39,683 nucleotides of DNA from positions 1-39,683 of IMG/VR virus record IMGVR_UViG_3300034025_000014, one strand, 5' to 3'. The translations under genes were made by a program, and so were the position numbers. The stretch is from a virus (taxonomy: Duplodnaviria; Caudoviricetes). How positions within the stretch are numbered: the stretch's first letter is position 1; every line of letters begins with the position of its first letter. The notes under the pieces are model-generated. The model was given only the letters and a program-made list of their open reading frames with translations. It made no database searches and was not told the origin of the DNA. This document shows, in pieces, positions 1 through 8,610 of the stretch.

Positions 1-12
1 CTAAGTAATGGT

Positions 13-894
13 TTAAGCGGCCTTAGCTGTTTTCAGCTGCTTCTGATAGGCGATGAATTTGCTTCGGTCGCCAGTCGCGTCAGCCTCTGCTTCAAGGCGG
101 TCGAGTTTGGGGTTTGTAACGCCGACTGCTGCCGCGCTTCCGCGAACAACTTTTTCAGGCGCTGGTGGTGCTTTGCGTGGCGTAACCTTCAATTGCGTCT
201 CCAGTTTTGCTACCGCGAAAGCGAACTTCACGGGGTCTTTAATCGAAGCGAGTTCTTTAGCCTTCGCCGGGTTCTTGCCGAGTGCGTAGATGACATTGGC
301 CGGGGTATCGGCGCCGCTGACGATGATCGATTGCTGTGTAGTCGTCATGGATTCCAGTACCACTGCTTCTGCATCCTCGAAATCAGGTACTTTCAACGAG
401 ACTTTCGCAGCGTTGTAGCCATCCAACTTCGTCTGCCATGCCTTTTGCGCGTCCTCTTGCTCCTTCTGCTGCTTGGCGGCCTGCTCATCGACAGCGCGCT
501 TACGCTCGTGCCATGTGGTCAGTTCCGTCTCGAAGCGGTCGGTGTCAAAGTCGCAGCCTTCCAGCGATGGTTTTGCTCCCAGCGTGGGTTGAGCTTGCGG
601 TGCATTCTTGGCCGCTACTTGCTGCTCAAGCTCACGAATCCGTTTTGCTTTCTCCCGGTCCGCTTTGCGCAGGTCTTTGACCCATGCAGGCGCGGCTTTC
701 TCTTCTTCGTCGTGAGGCGGCGCTTCCTCACCAATGGTGATGACAACTTCATCATCTGCATCACTGTCGTTCTCTGTGTCGTCTTGGTTCTGGTCTTGGT
801 CACCACCGGACATCTCGTCCTGTTGTGCTTCGTCCTGATCCTGATCGTTCACATCGTCTTGGTCATGCTCCTGTACACCATTGCTATCTGCCAT
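13..894 (-). CDS. Capsid scaffolding protein (P22-like)
   Basis: Very acidic N-terminus, coiled-coil body, short basic C-terminal helix; GAAGGGG RBS; lies downstream of portal where the capsid gene would follow. Confidence 0.8.
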   Translation of the reverse strand: MADSNGVQEHDQDDVNDQDQDEAQQDEMSGGDQDQNQDDTENDSDADDEVVITIGEEAPPHDEEEKAAPAWVKDLRKADREKAKRIRELEQQVAAKNAPQAQPTLGAKPSLEGCDFDTDRFETELTTWHERKRAVDEQAAKQQKEQEDAQKAWQTKLDGYNAAKVSLKVPDFEDAEAVVLESMTTTQQSIIVSGADTPANVIYALGKNPAKAKELASIKDPVKFAFAVAKLETQLKVTPRKAPPAPEKVVRGSAAAVGVTNPKLDRLEAEADATGDRSKFIAYQKQLKTAKAA

Positions 895-950
895 GTGTTA
901 CTTCCCCTTCAAACTCACCGCTTAATGGCCGGTGGATACCGATACAACGA

Positions 951-979
951 ATGATAGATTGAAACTATTGTTAAAGCAA
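951..979 (-). promoter_or_regulatory. Sigma70-like promoter upstream of scaffold
   Basis: TTGCTT-17 nt-TATCAT in intergenic DNA. Confidence 0.5.
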
Positions 980-988
980 CTGTGATAG

Positions 989-1363
989 CTATTCTTTAGG
1001 CTTCCTGTAGTCACACGGTGGCGTTTCTTCAAATCGCACAGCCTTGATCGTCGGATTTTTATCAATCAGCGCACGCAGTACTCGATGCCAGCCATCCATA
1101 ATGAAACCTTCCTGGCACAAAATTACCGGGTAACTAGTGTCCACATCCAATGCGCGGCGCACATGATGAGCAATGCCATATGCCGATCCAACAGGAACCC
1201 AAACTTGCGAACCAGAATAGATCGCGGCAAGCGGCAAATCGAACGGGATCAAATCCTTCGCTTTAGCAATCAGATTTGTTACCACCCATACGCACTCACC
1301 GTCTTGGTATGTATTTTCATCAACCGTGCAGCCAGTTACCTTTACTGGTAGACGCTGTGTCAT
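989..1363 (-). CDS. ParB/Srx-like N-terminal domain protein
   Basis: PVIL..GFIMDGWHRV motif; ATGA overlap with the portal stop. Confidence 0.7.
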   Translation of the reverse strand: MTQRLPVKVTGCTVDENTYQDGECVWVVTNLIAKAKDLIPFDLPLAAIYSGSQVWVPVGSAYGIAHHVRRALDVDTSYPVILCQEGFIMDGWHRVLRALIDKNPTIKAVRFEETPPCDYRKPKE

Positions 1364-3444
1364 TGCGCATCACCTTGTGGCTGCATCGGAGGCGCTGGCG
1401 GTTGTGCCATTGCCACCAGCTTGCCTGCTTGATCGATTGCATGCGCCTCGCGGCCCTGTTCAACACCGGCCAGCGTGGCGATGGTCTTGGCGTGCGTGTC
1501 GGCGGTCTGTGCGTCAGTGAGCAAGCCCTTCTTCTGTGCGGCGTCTGCATCAGCCATAGCTTTAGCTGCTGCTGCCTGGAGATACTGTGCGTTCGGGTCA
1601 GGCTGCTGATTGGCTTGAGCGGCTTCGATAGCCTTCTGCTCGTCGTCGGTTGGCTTGACTGCGCCCATGTTGACCAACTTCTTACGGAAGTAGGCATGTA
1701 CGTCGCTCAGACCCTCGCCTTCCATGTTCAGCATCGCCATGGAGGTAAGCACGGTCAGCGTCTCAGGGTCTTGCGTCATCTGCATCATTCCGGTCAGGCC
1801 GCGAACGGTTGCAGCACGCCGGCTGTTGCTCGATGGCCCAACGTCAACGCTCACATCGAACTTTGCCGATGCCAGATCGTTTGCCGTGTATGCCTCGCCC
1901 GTCTCCTTGTCGATCATCGGCTTGAGCAGTTCAACCTTGCTAGTCTCGCCTGCCTGGTCAACCGCTTTCATCTCGCGGCCTTCTTCAACGAGCAAATCCT
2001 TCGCCATCGATACCCACACTTCACCTAAGCGCTTCATGGTCTTGCGGAAGTTGTCGATGTAGATAAACACCTGCATATCGAGGCGCTGTTGTATCAATTC
2101 CACAGCCTTGCCGGATTGGTTCGGCTGCATTTCCTCGCCTGCTTGCTGGTTGCCGAGCATATCCTCAAGCGATTGCGCTGCCATCTGAGCGAGCGCAGCC
2201 ATGGCTTGCGGCAGGACAGGCGACTTCGTGTAAGCGACAGGCCCAGCGGGCATCTGCTGGCCGCTGGCGTCTGTGATTGGGTTGATGAGCAGGTAGGGAT
2301 ACTTCTTAATCGCGTCATTAGCCCACATTTGCGCGTGGCCTGCGATCTGCTCAGGCGTCAGGATCGGCTTTTCAACGTCAAAGCGTGCTGCCATCTCAGC
2401 GAGCCACGATTTAATCATGTTGTCGAGTACCTGAGCATCGCGTGCCAGGCGCACATGACCTTGGCAACGTTCAATGCCATCGACAAACCAGCGCTTGCCG
2501 TAGAACGGGATGACCGGGATACACTTGCCCGCAATGAATCCCTCATCGGACAGGATGCGGTCGCCGTTCATGATGTACTTGCGCACCTTGGGCCGTTTCA
2601 CGCGCTTGATGCGAGCCTCGCGGAAGCCGGTAGCTTCTAGCTCTTCGCGCTTACCTTCTGCCTGCAAATCTTCGGCAGTAACTTCAATCTCGTTCGGCTC
2701 ATCGTCGTTCAGCGCGATACCACGGAAGAAGTGTATGACTTCCTCTTTCTGCTCGATCTCGTACACCTCGGCAATCCACACAACATCAGGCGTGGCCCAG
2801 TCGAAGTTATAGCCGACTTCCATCTGCGGCCAGCCGGTAGGATCGTCGCCGTACTGGTCCTTGTAATCAGCCGGCGTCAAGCTGGTCAGCAGATAGCAGC
2901 GTTTGGCGTCAGCTTTATCCTGGCGCTTACCGTCGAGTGAGAAAAATACGCATGTATCAGCCTCAAACACCGGCTCAATAGCGATACGCTGGCGATCGTC
3001 TTCGTCGTCATCCTCATCCTCATACCGCGCACGCAAGCGAATGGCGCCCATGCCGCCGCTGGTGCCTTCCTCGAAGCAGTTGTCGTATGCCTCCTGCGCG
3101 CCGCTGTCCTGCTCATCAGCACGAAACAGCCCGTCGCAAGTCTGCGCGAGGTCGTCGTTATCGCTGCCATCCTTCGGCACAAAATCAACCGTGATTCGGT
3201 TATTGCGGTATTCGTTGATGACGCGGAGAACGGCTAAGTGCGTCTTGTTGAACTCGAAGCGCGGCTTGTTCTCGAACTGAACGCCTACCGGGCCTTCCCA
3301 CTGTGCGCCAGGCACAGAGTAGAATCGCCGGTCACTGAGGCATTGCATCCTTACGTCTCTTACCGCACATTGGATATTCTCAAAGTCAGTCAGGAAGAAG
3401 GCGTGTTTGTCGCGTAGTCGGGCGCTTGGGCGCTGCTGGCTCAT
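1360..3444 (-). CDS. Portal protein (P22-like)
   Basis: 694 aa; DRRFY..GAQW, RPRFEFNK-like start, PVIPFYG, NQSGKAV, FDVSVDVGPS motifs; Q/A-rich helical C-terminus. Confidence 0.93.
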   Translation of the reverse strand: MSQQRPSARLRDKHAFFLTDFENIQCAVRDVRMQCLSDRRFYSVPGAQWEGPVGVQFENKPRFEFNKTHLAVLRVINEYRNNRITVDFVPKDGSDNDDLAQTCDGLFRADEQDSGAQEAYDNCFEEGTSGGMGAIRLRARYEDEDDDEDDRQRIAIEPVFEADTCVFFSLDGKRQDKADAKRCYLLTSLTPADYKDQYGDDPTGWPQMEVGYNFDWATPDVVWIAEVYEIEQKEEVIHFFRGIALNDDEPNEIEVTAEDLQAEGKREELEATGFREARIKRVKRPKVRKYIMNGDRILSDEGFIAGKCIPVIPFYGKRWFVDGIERCQGHVRLARDAQVLDNMIKSWLAEMAARFDVEKPILTPEQIAGHAQMWANDAIKKYPYLLINPITDASGQQMPAGPVAYTKSPVLPQAMAALAQMAAQSLEDMLGNQQAGEEMQPNQSGKAVELIQQRLDMQVFIYIDNFRKTMKRLGEVWVSMAKDLLVEEGREMKAVDQAGETSKVELLKPMIDKETGEAYTANDLASAKFDVSVDVGPSSNSRRAATVRGLTGMMQMTQDPETLTVLTSMAMLNMEGEGLSDVHAYFRKKLVNMGAVKPTDDEQKAIEAAQANQQPDPNAQYLQAAAAKAMADADAAQKKGLLTDAQTADTHAKTIATLAGVEQGREAHAIDQAGKLVAMAQPPAPPMQPQGDAQ

Positions 3445-3525
3445 TGTTTTAGCCTATCGATGGTGAATTACCGATAGTCTACAACTTCCGATTGTCTAGC
3501 GGGAATATTTGTGATAACGGACGTG

Positions 3526-3550
3526 AAAAAGCCACCCCGAAGAGTGGCTT
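3526..3550 (-). terminator. Intrinsic terminator
   Basis: GCCACTC-TTCG-GGGTGGC followed by TTTTT on the minus strand. Confidence 0.8.
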
Positions 3551-3638
3551 AGTGGTCGTCGGTGCGTCTCGGAATTATTACGCGCGTTCTCCATGCCTCG
3601 ACCAGCGAACGGAATCGAACCGTACATCGTCTCTACTG

Positions 3639-3887
3639 CTATCCAGAAATAAACGGCAACCCTGTTGTTAAGCTGCTATTCTTTTTACCTAGCTTTGCTC
3701 CGTAATACCCAATACTAATTGGGACGCCAGCGCTAAAAACAATATCTTTATTCTGCTCAAACACCGCCCAACTTTTAAGAGCTTCTTTCGCAAACTCAAT
3801 ATCACGTTGCTCTTTTTCTTCTATCATCTTCGCAACGTATTCAGCAAATCTCTTTTTTGCCTGATCACATTCTTCTTCAAAACTCAT
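3639..3887 (-). CDS. Hypothetical protein, AT-rich moron ORF
   Basis: 82 aa, strong GGAGGA RBS, visibly lower GC than flanks. Confidence 0.65.
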   Translation of the reverse strand: MSFEEECDQAKKRFAEYVAKMIEEKEQRDIEFAKEALKSWAVFEQNKDIVFSAGVPISIGYYGAKLGKKNSSLTTGLPFISG

Positions 3888-3905
3888 AGTTCCTCCATCT
3901 TATTG

Positions 3906-4061
3906 GGCATGGTCTGCCGGCCTTTCACCAGCTACGTTTTCGATGCCAGTTCTTGCAAACTGGATTACACGCTTCTCAACCCATTGAGACTGTAGATCAC
4001 TTTGCCGGGACGGGCGCTATGTTGACGTTGGAATCAACAGCAGACACAAAGTGATCTACAG
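3906..4061 (-). ncRNA. Putative structured RNA (multi-hairpin leader)
   Basis: Perfect 15-bp inverted repeat 3990-4004/4047-4061 plus hairpins 3974-3989, 3946-3963 and 3906-3947. Confidence 0.5.
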
Positions 4062-4107
4062 AGCAGTCATATTGCCATAGAAACAGAGTTATCGTGATTG
4101 ATTCTAA

Positions 4108-4278
4108 CTATCGCTCAATTCTCTGCCGAATAGCCAGCACATCGCATTGCATGACGATGAACAGCGACAGCAGGAAGCAGCGGAAGTATTCGCCCTTCGA
4201 TAGCGTGATGATCGCGCCGAGTGTAGCAGCGAAGATAGCTATCCAGCTAAAGAGGATCGAGAACTTTACGTCTTTCAT
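4108..4278 (-). CDS. Small two-TM membrane protein (56 aa, not in ORF track)
   Basis: MKDVKFSILFSWIAIFAATLGAIITLSKGEYFRCFLLSLFIVMQCDVLAIRQRIER; ATGA overlap with the upstream ORF. Confidence 0.6.
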   Translation of the reverse strand: MKDVKFSILFSWIAIFAATLGAIITLSKGEYFRCFLLSLFIVMQCDVLAIRQRIER

Positions 4279-4454
4279 ACTGCATCCGACTTCAACTTGT
4301 TACGCGGATCAGCAGCAACCTGTGCTTGATAAGCTGCGATTGCCTCTGGCTTTCCTTTGATGCCTGGAACCAGTCCTGCATCAGCGCACCCCATGAACGC
4401 CTTAAGAGCAGCTTTATTTATGTCAGCACAGAGCTTTGCTTTGCGGTCTTTCAT
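4275..4454 (-). CDS. Hypothetical protein (59 aa, not in ORF track)
   Basis: MKDRKAKLCADINKAAL...KSDAV; AGGAG RBS at the end of terL. Confidence 0.6.
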   Translation of the reverse strand: MKDRKAKLCADINKAALKAFMGCADAGLVPGIKGKPEAIAAYQAQVAADPRNKLKSDAV

Positions 4455-4455
4455 G

Positions 4456-5688
4456 CTATCTCCTGGAGAATGGCGAGGCTATCGGGATCGGGGCCGAACC
4501 TTTGGGCCGCTGATTCGCTATCATAGCGCGTCTTGCTCCTTCGCAAGCGTACCGCAGCGCATCAATTACATGATTGTCCTTATCTTCCAGCTTTGGCAGC
4601 ACTTGACCGGTTAGCTTGTCCGTCTCGTATTTGTACAGCGTCAACTCGTCAATCAAGTGCTTGCAGCGAGGATGCACAACAATGTCGTATGATTTCAGCC
4701 ACTCAACGCCATCTTCCAGACTGCCCGGGCCTTTCACAGCTGCGGCGATCTTCGGGAAGCCATTGCGGCGCATGTGGCTGATCGTCTCCGGCCTGGCGCT
4801 GTCAGCAGTCATCGGCCACTTCTCACTGTCAGGGATCGACAGAAACAAGTCAGGCGTATCTACAATCTCGCAGCCGACGCGGTAAGCCTCGTAAGGCACA
4901 TACAGCTTGCGCCCAACGATGTAGCACTGAACCAAAACAGATGGATCGACCGAGAATCCCCAATCGGCGCCCTGGCGGATCGTCTGCGTTGGGTCAACGT
5001 CGAATTCCTCCACAGTCCAATTCTTGAACACGCGAGACTCACTGTTCTGCTCGTACTTGCCTAGCCAAACGTGCGCGTATTTGTCCGGATCGCGGCGCTT
5101 GTCATATTCCATCTCATCGCGCAGCACATCAGGGAACCAAGGATTGTCAAGATAGTTTGCTTCAACTACCGTAGCTCCCTTATAGAGTTCGCCGGCGCGT
5201 AAGAACTGGTCAACAGGATCAGTCTCGTTCTTCGGGTTCCAAGTGAACAGGATTTCGCTGTCAGGCTTACGGATGGTTGGGCGCAATAGGTCAAGTGAGC
5301 GCTGACTGAGTGATTGCGCTTCCTCAACCCATGCGATATCGAAGCCCTCAAGCGACTTGATCGAGTCCGCCGTGTGATTCTGCATGCCGCTGAACACCAT
5401 GACGCCACCGTGAGGCGTGCCGATCTTATCGCGCTGCACATCGAACAGGCTACCAAGGCCAAGCGCCTCAATCTTGCCTTCGATTAGCTTCTTGACCGAC
5501 ATCGACAGAGACTTTTGCACCTCACGGATGCAAACCACATCGGTCTTGGCCATCAGGCAGCGCTCTACGATGTACTCAGCCATCGCATGCGACTTACCAG
5601 AGCCACGACCGCCCCAAACACCTTTGTAGCGAGCAGGAGGCAGCAGAGGCAGGAACCAGCGGGGAGTTTGAATCTCTAGCGTAGTCAC
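4456..5688 (-). CDS. terL: Terminase large subunit (PBSX family)
   Basis: Walker A GGRGSGKS, Walker B WVEEAQ, TWNP, nuclease DWGFSVDP and DNHVIDALRY. Confidence 0.96.
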   Translation of the reverse strand: MTTLEIQTPRWFLPLLPPARYKGVWGGRGSGKSHAMAEYIVERCLMAKTDVVCIREVQKSLSMSVKKLIEGKIEALGLGSLFDVQRDKIGTPHGGVMVFSGMQNHTADSIKSLEGFDIAWVEEAQSLSQRSLDLLRPTIRKPDSEILFTWNPKNETDPVDQFLRAGELYKGATVVEANYLDNPWFPDVLRDEMEYDKRRDPDKYAHVWLGKYEQNSESRVFKNWTVEEFDVDPTQTIRQGADWGFSVDPSVLVQCYIVGRKLYVPYEAYRVGCEIVDTPDLFLSIPDSEKWPMTADSARPETISHMRRNGFPKIAAAVKGPGSLEDGVEWLKSYDIVVHPRCKHLIDELTLYKYETDKLTGQVLPKLEDKDNHVIDALRYACEGARRAMIANQRPKGSAPIPIASPFSRR

Positions 5689-6014
5689 TTCGCAGCCGGA
5701 TCAACGACAACGCGCTGAATGATCTGGATAGACAGCGGCGCATCAGGATCGCCGGTTACCTGCATCGGCATGACCTTGCCAACGAGCGCAAGGAACGCGG
5801 CGGGCTTCTCATCGGCTTGGCGAATCAGGTATTCAACGCCACCAGCACCAGCGAGCGCATCAAGGATCATCTGCTTGACTTCGGTCGTGGTCTTTGAAAC
5901 CGCGCCCTTTGGCTTGCCGGGATTACCCTTACCGAATTTTCCCGTATTTTTCGGCTTATCATTGTCCGATTGTTCGGTAGGCTTGCGCCCTTGAGCCGTG
6001 GATAATTTAGTCAT
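5685..6014 (-). CDS. terS: Terminase small subunit
   Basis: GKFGKGNPGKPKGAVSKTT N-terminal motif; overlaps the terL start. Confidence 0.8.
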   Translation of the reverse strand: MTKLSTAQGRKPTEQSDNDKPKNTGKFGKGNPGKPKGAVSKTTTEVKQMILDALAGAGGVEYLIRQADEKPAAFLALVGKVMPMQVTGDPDAPLSIQIIQRVVVDPAAK

Positions 6015-6071
6015 GTCGCCCTGCTCTACTGGAATCCGCCAGCGTTCGGTGTTACTTATGCAAAATGCACG

Positions 6072-7349
6072 TTACTCTTGTTCGTAGTGAACAATCTTCG
6101 TCTTGCTCTGCCTCATATAGCGATAATACACGGTGCCAGTGACAGCAGCATAGCCACCTAGTGCCATGAGCGTATCAGGAGCCTCTGAGCGCGCCAGAAC
6201 GCCAGTAATAGGCACGAACACGAGCGAGCCTGATGCGGTCAGCGTGTCGCTACCTTCACTTGCTGCCAGGGATGCAGTAATCACCGCATTCGTAACCGTT
6301 CCCGCAGCCAAGCCGATATCTATGCCCTCAGATACCGTCAGCGATCCTGTAATCGCGTTACCGATAGCTCCGGCAGCAACTAGCGTGTCGATGCCTTCTG
6401 AGCGTGCCAGAGTGCCTGTAATCGTGGCAAAGCCGGTCGACCCGCTTGCGGCAAGGGTATCAACTCCTTCGGATACTGCTGCGACGCCTGTGATCGTCGC
6501 AAGCGTAACTGTTCCGGAGGCGCTCGCTGTATCCGGCGATTCGGCTATAAGAGCCGATCCGCTCACGCCCCCTGTTGCGGGGCTATCAATCAATAGCCTG
6601 CGCTGCTGTGCCTGAAATAGCTGAAACGGATTAGCGCTAAATGCTTGAACTTGTGCTGGCGACCAATCCGCAATTATTCGACCGGCCAGAAGCGTATTGT
6701 TTGAGGATGACCAGTAGGCCACATCTTCTACGAACGAACCGCATATCAGCGATTGTGCGGGATAGCTGATAGGAGACTGTGCGATGAAATTCACTAGCCT
6801 ACCATTGCGCCACAATTCGGTGCCAGTCTGCCGCCTTACGATCACCAGCACGGCGAGAACCCCTGGAGGCAATACTTCATTCGACAAACTGTATGACGAA
6901 ATACTAGCGGCATTCCAGTTGTAGACGCAGCCCCATTGTGTCTGAGGCGCACCGTAACGCGACCCAGCGGCCTGAAAAATGCCGCACATATTCGCGCTTG
7001 AACCAGTCAAGAATCCTGGGTCTTGCCCCGAACTTCCACTTGCATACCGCTCATTTGGGTCGGTGGCCGGGTAGCCATACCAAAATTCAACAAAAGTCTG
7101 CGTGCCAATGGCAGGCAAAACCTCTGTTTCAATATACCCGTTCTTAACAAAATTGAACGTTACGCCAAGCGGGGTTGCGTTTGGGCTTAATACCCCAGCA
7201 TTGCGCAGCTTTAATTGAGAAGCCGCGTTGTACCAGTTGTTGCCGCCAATGATCGCAAGCGCACCTCTGCTGTATGGACTAGTTTTGTCCAGCAGCACAG
7301 CTTGTTGAGGCTGTCTATTCCGTCTAACCGGCCCAAGAAAAGTGGGCAT
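6072..7349 (-). CDS. Putative virion fibre protein: ConA/LamG-like domain plus six ~24-aa repeats
   Basis: ELWRNGRLV and SPAQVQAFSANPFQLF resemble phage LamG-like domains; repeats ITGxxxxSEGxDTLxAxG. Confidence 0.6.
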   Translation of the reverse strand: MPTFLGPVRRNRQPQQAVLLDKTSPYSRGALAIIGGNNWYNAASQLKLRNAGVLSPNATPLGVTFNFVKNGYIETEVLPAIGTQTFVEFWYGYPATDPNERYASGSSGQDPGFLTGSSANMCGIFQAAGSRYGAPQTQWGCVYNWNAASISSYSLSNEVLPPGVLAVLVIVRRQTGTELWRNGRLVNFIAQSPISYPAQSLICGSFVEDVAYWSSSNNTLLAGRIIADWSPAQVQAFSANPFQLFQAQQRRLLIDSPATGGVSGSALIAESPDTASASGTVTLATITGVAAVSEGVDTLAASGSTGFATITGTLARSEGIDTLVAAGAIGNAITGSLTVSEGIDIGLAAGTVTNAVITASLAASEGSDTLTASGSLVFVPITGVLARSEAPDTLMALGGYAAVTGTVYYRYMRQSKTKIVHYEQE

Positions 7350-7352
7350 CTT

Positions 7353-7865
7353 TTACACCGTCTGCGCCTGGATTCGCTCGTACTGGAAATCCTGACCAGT
7401 CGAAGACAAAGCAACGCCCGTATTGTGCGTGACAAATATTCCCCAATACTTCGGCAATGTGCCAAACAACGATGCAATTGAGACAGGGGCGAATGTATAT
7501 GGTCTCGATGACGTTGCGTCAATCGTGATAGATGCGACCTGCCGTAAGGCGCTAAACTTCACATTTGCGCTTGTCATGGTCTTACTGGCATCAGTGCCGG
7601 TGATTGAATCCGGATAGGTTGGCGTGCCAGAAGCCGTTTTGTAGGATGAGTACGCCCAAATCTCAATCTGCGTTCCAGCAGTAGGCGAAGTTCCAGTAGT
7701 GACAACTCCACTCAAAAGATGGTCGAGGTCAAGCGTACTAGTGGCATTATCCACCGCAGTGCTTGCTCGCCCACCCAGCAGATTGGTATCCGAACCTAAT
7801 GACGCAATCGCCAAAGTCAGAGCGACGCTGCTTGTTGCGGGGTAGGATGTCTTGATCAGCGCCAT
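7353..7865 (-). CDS. Putative virion structural protein
   Basis: 170 aa, S/T/G-rich beta-type composition; tightly coupled within the module. Confidence 0.6.
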   Translation of the reverse strand: MALIKTSYPATSSVALTLAIASLGSDTNLLGGRASTAVDNATSTLDLDHLLSGVVTTGTSPTAGTQIEIWAYSSYKTASGTPTYPDSITGTDASKTMTSANVKFSALRQVASITIDATSSRPYTFAPVSIASLFGTLPKYWGIFVTHNTGVALSSTGQDFQYERIQAQTV

Positions 7866-8173
7866 TACGCGACTCCGGTAGCGAAGCGGTCAACAGCCAA
7901 GTTCACAGCCGTTTGCACAACCGCATCACTTGCGCCTGTGATTGATACCAAGGTAGCACTCTTGTTCTGAGCCAGAACTGCCCACAACATGCGCTGCGAT
8001 TCTGCCACCGGATTCTGGAATACAGATTTTGCCCACAGCATACGGTTAGGATGATTTGTGACGCTAGTTAGCTCATTGCAGATCGCATCCGCAGCAATCA
8101 CACATGCGACACGGATTCGCTTATTTAGGCCAGAGTCTTCCGCCGCCAGCAGCAATTCGTCATAAGTTGCCAT
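7865..8173 (-). CDS. Hypothetical helical protein of the appendage module
   Basis: 102 aa, GGAG RBS, TAATG coupling to the next gene. Confidence 0.7.
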   Translation of the reverse strand: MATYDELLLAAEDSGLNKRIRVACVIAADAICNELTSVTNHPNRMLWAKSVFQNPVAESQRMLWAVLAQNKSATLVSITGASDAVVQTAVNLAVDRFATGVA

Positions 8174-8183
8174 GCTCTACTCC

Positions 8184-8585
8184 TTAGACTGGCTGACCAG
8201 TGATGACGAAAGACGAAACGCTCACGGTCTGCGTGGAACTAATCGAGGTGCTGGAAAGGTTCAAGTCAGCGCCGCTGGTAGAAACGTCACCGTCAATCGT
8301 CGCGGTCGTACCGTCTGATTTGAACAGACGGAAGAACGATGCTGTACCGGTAGCGCCGGCAGTGCCGTTTGCAATTGCGCCAGCTGTCAGCGCGCCCGTA
8401 CCAACCGTGCCGAATGCCGAGGCGTTACAGATCAACTCAACCAACAGCACTTGGGCGCCGATTGCCGTGTTAACGTTGGTCGGTCGACTTCCGCTATAAA
8501 TGCGCAGCTTTGCGCTCGTGCCAATGTCGGTGTTCAGCGATGTCAACCGGTTCGCAATGATGGATGTGCTGTACTTGATTGCCAT
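8184..8585 (-). CDS. Putative fibre/filament subunit
   Basis: LRIYSGSRP, ATGTASFFRL, GADLNLSSTSI pattern typical of small phage fibre-associated proteins; AAGGA RBS. Confidence 0.65.
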   Translation of the reverse strand: MAIKYSTSIIANRLTSLNTDIGTSAKLRIYSGSRPTNVNTAIGAQVLLVELICNASAFGTVGTGALTAGAIANGTAGATGTASFFRLFKSDGTTATIDGDVSTSGADLNLSSTSISSTQTVSVSSFVITGQPV

Positions 8586-8610
8586 GCTAAATCCTTTTCG
8601 TTGGTGTAGC

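Noticed and set aside
53-3280. Long plus-strand ORFs opposite scaffold and portal (and similar ones elsewhere)
   Set aside because: Antisense shadows of GC-rich genes, lacking RBS and motifs
3906-4061. Self-cleaving ribozyme
   Set aside because: No hammerhead CUGANGA core or twister/pistol consensus found by eye
6140-6570. CRISPR array or DGR template/variable repeat
   Set aside because: Repeats are protein-level and diverged in DNA; no reverse transcriptase or cas gene seen
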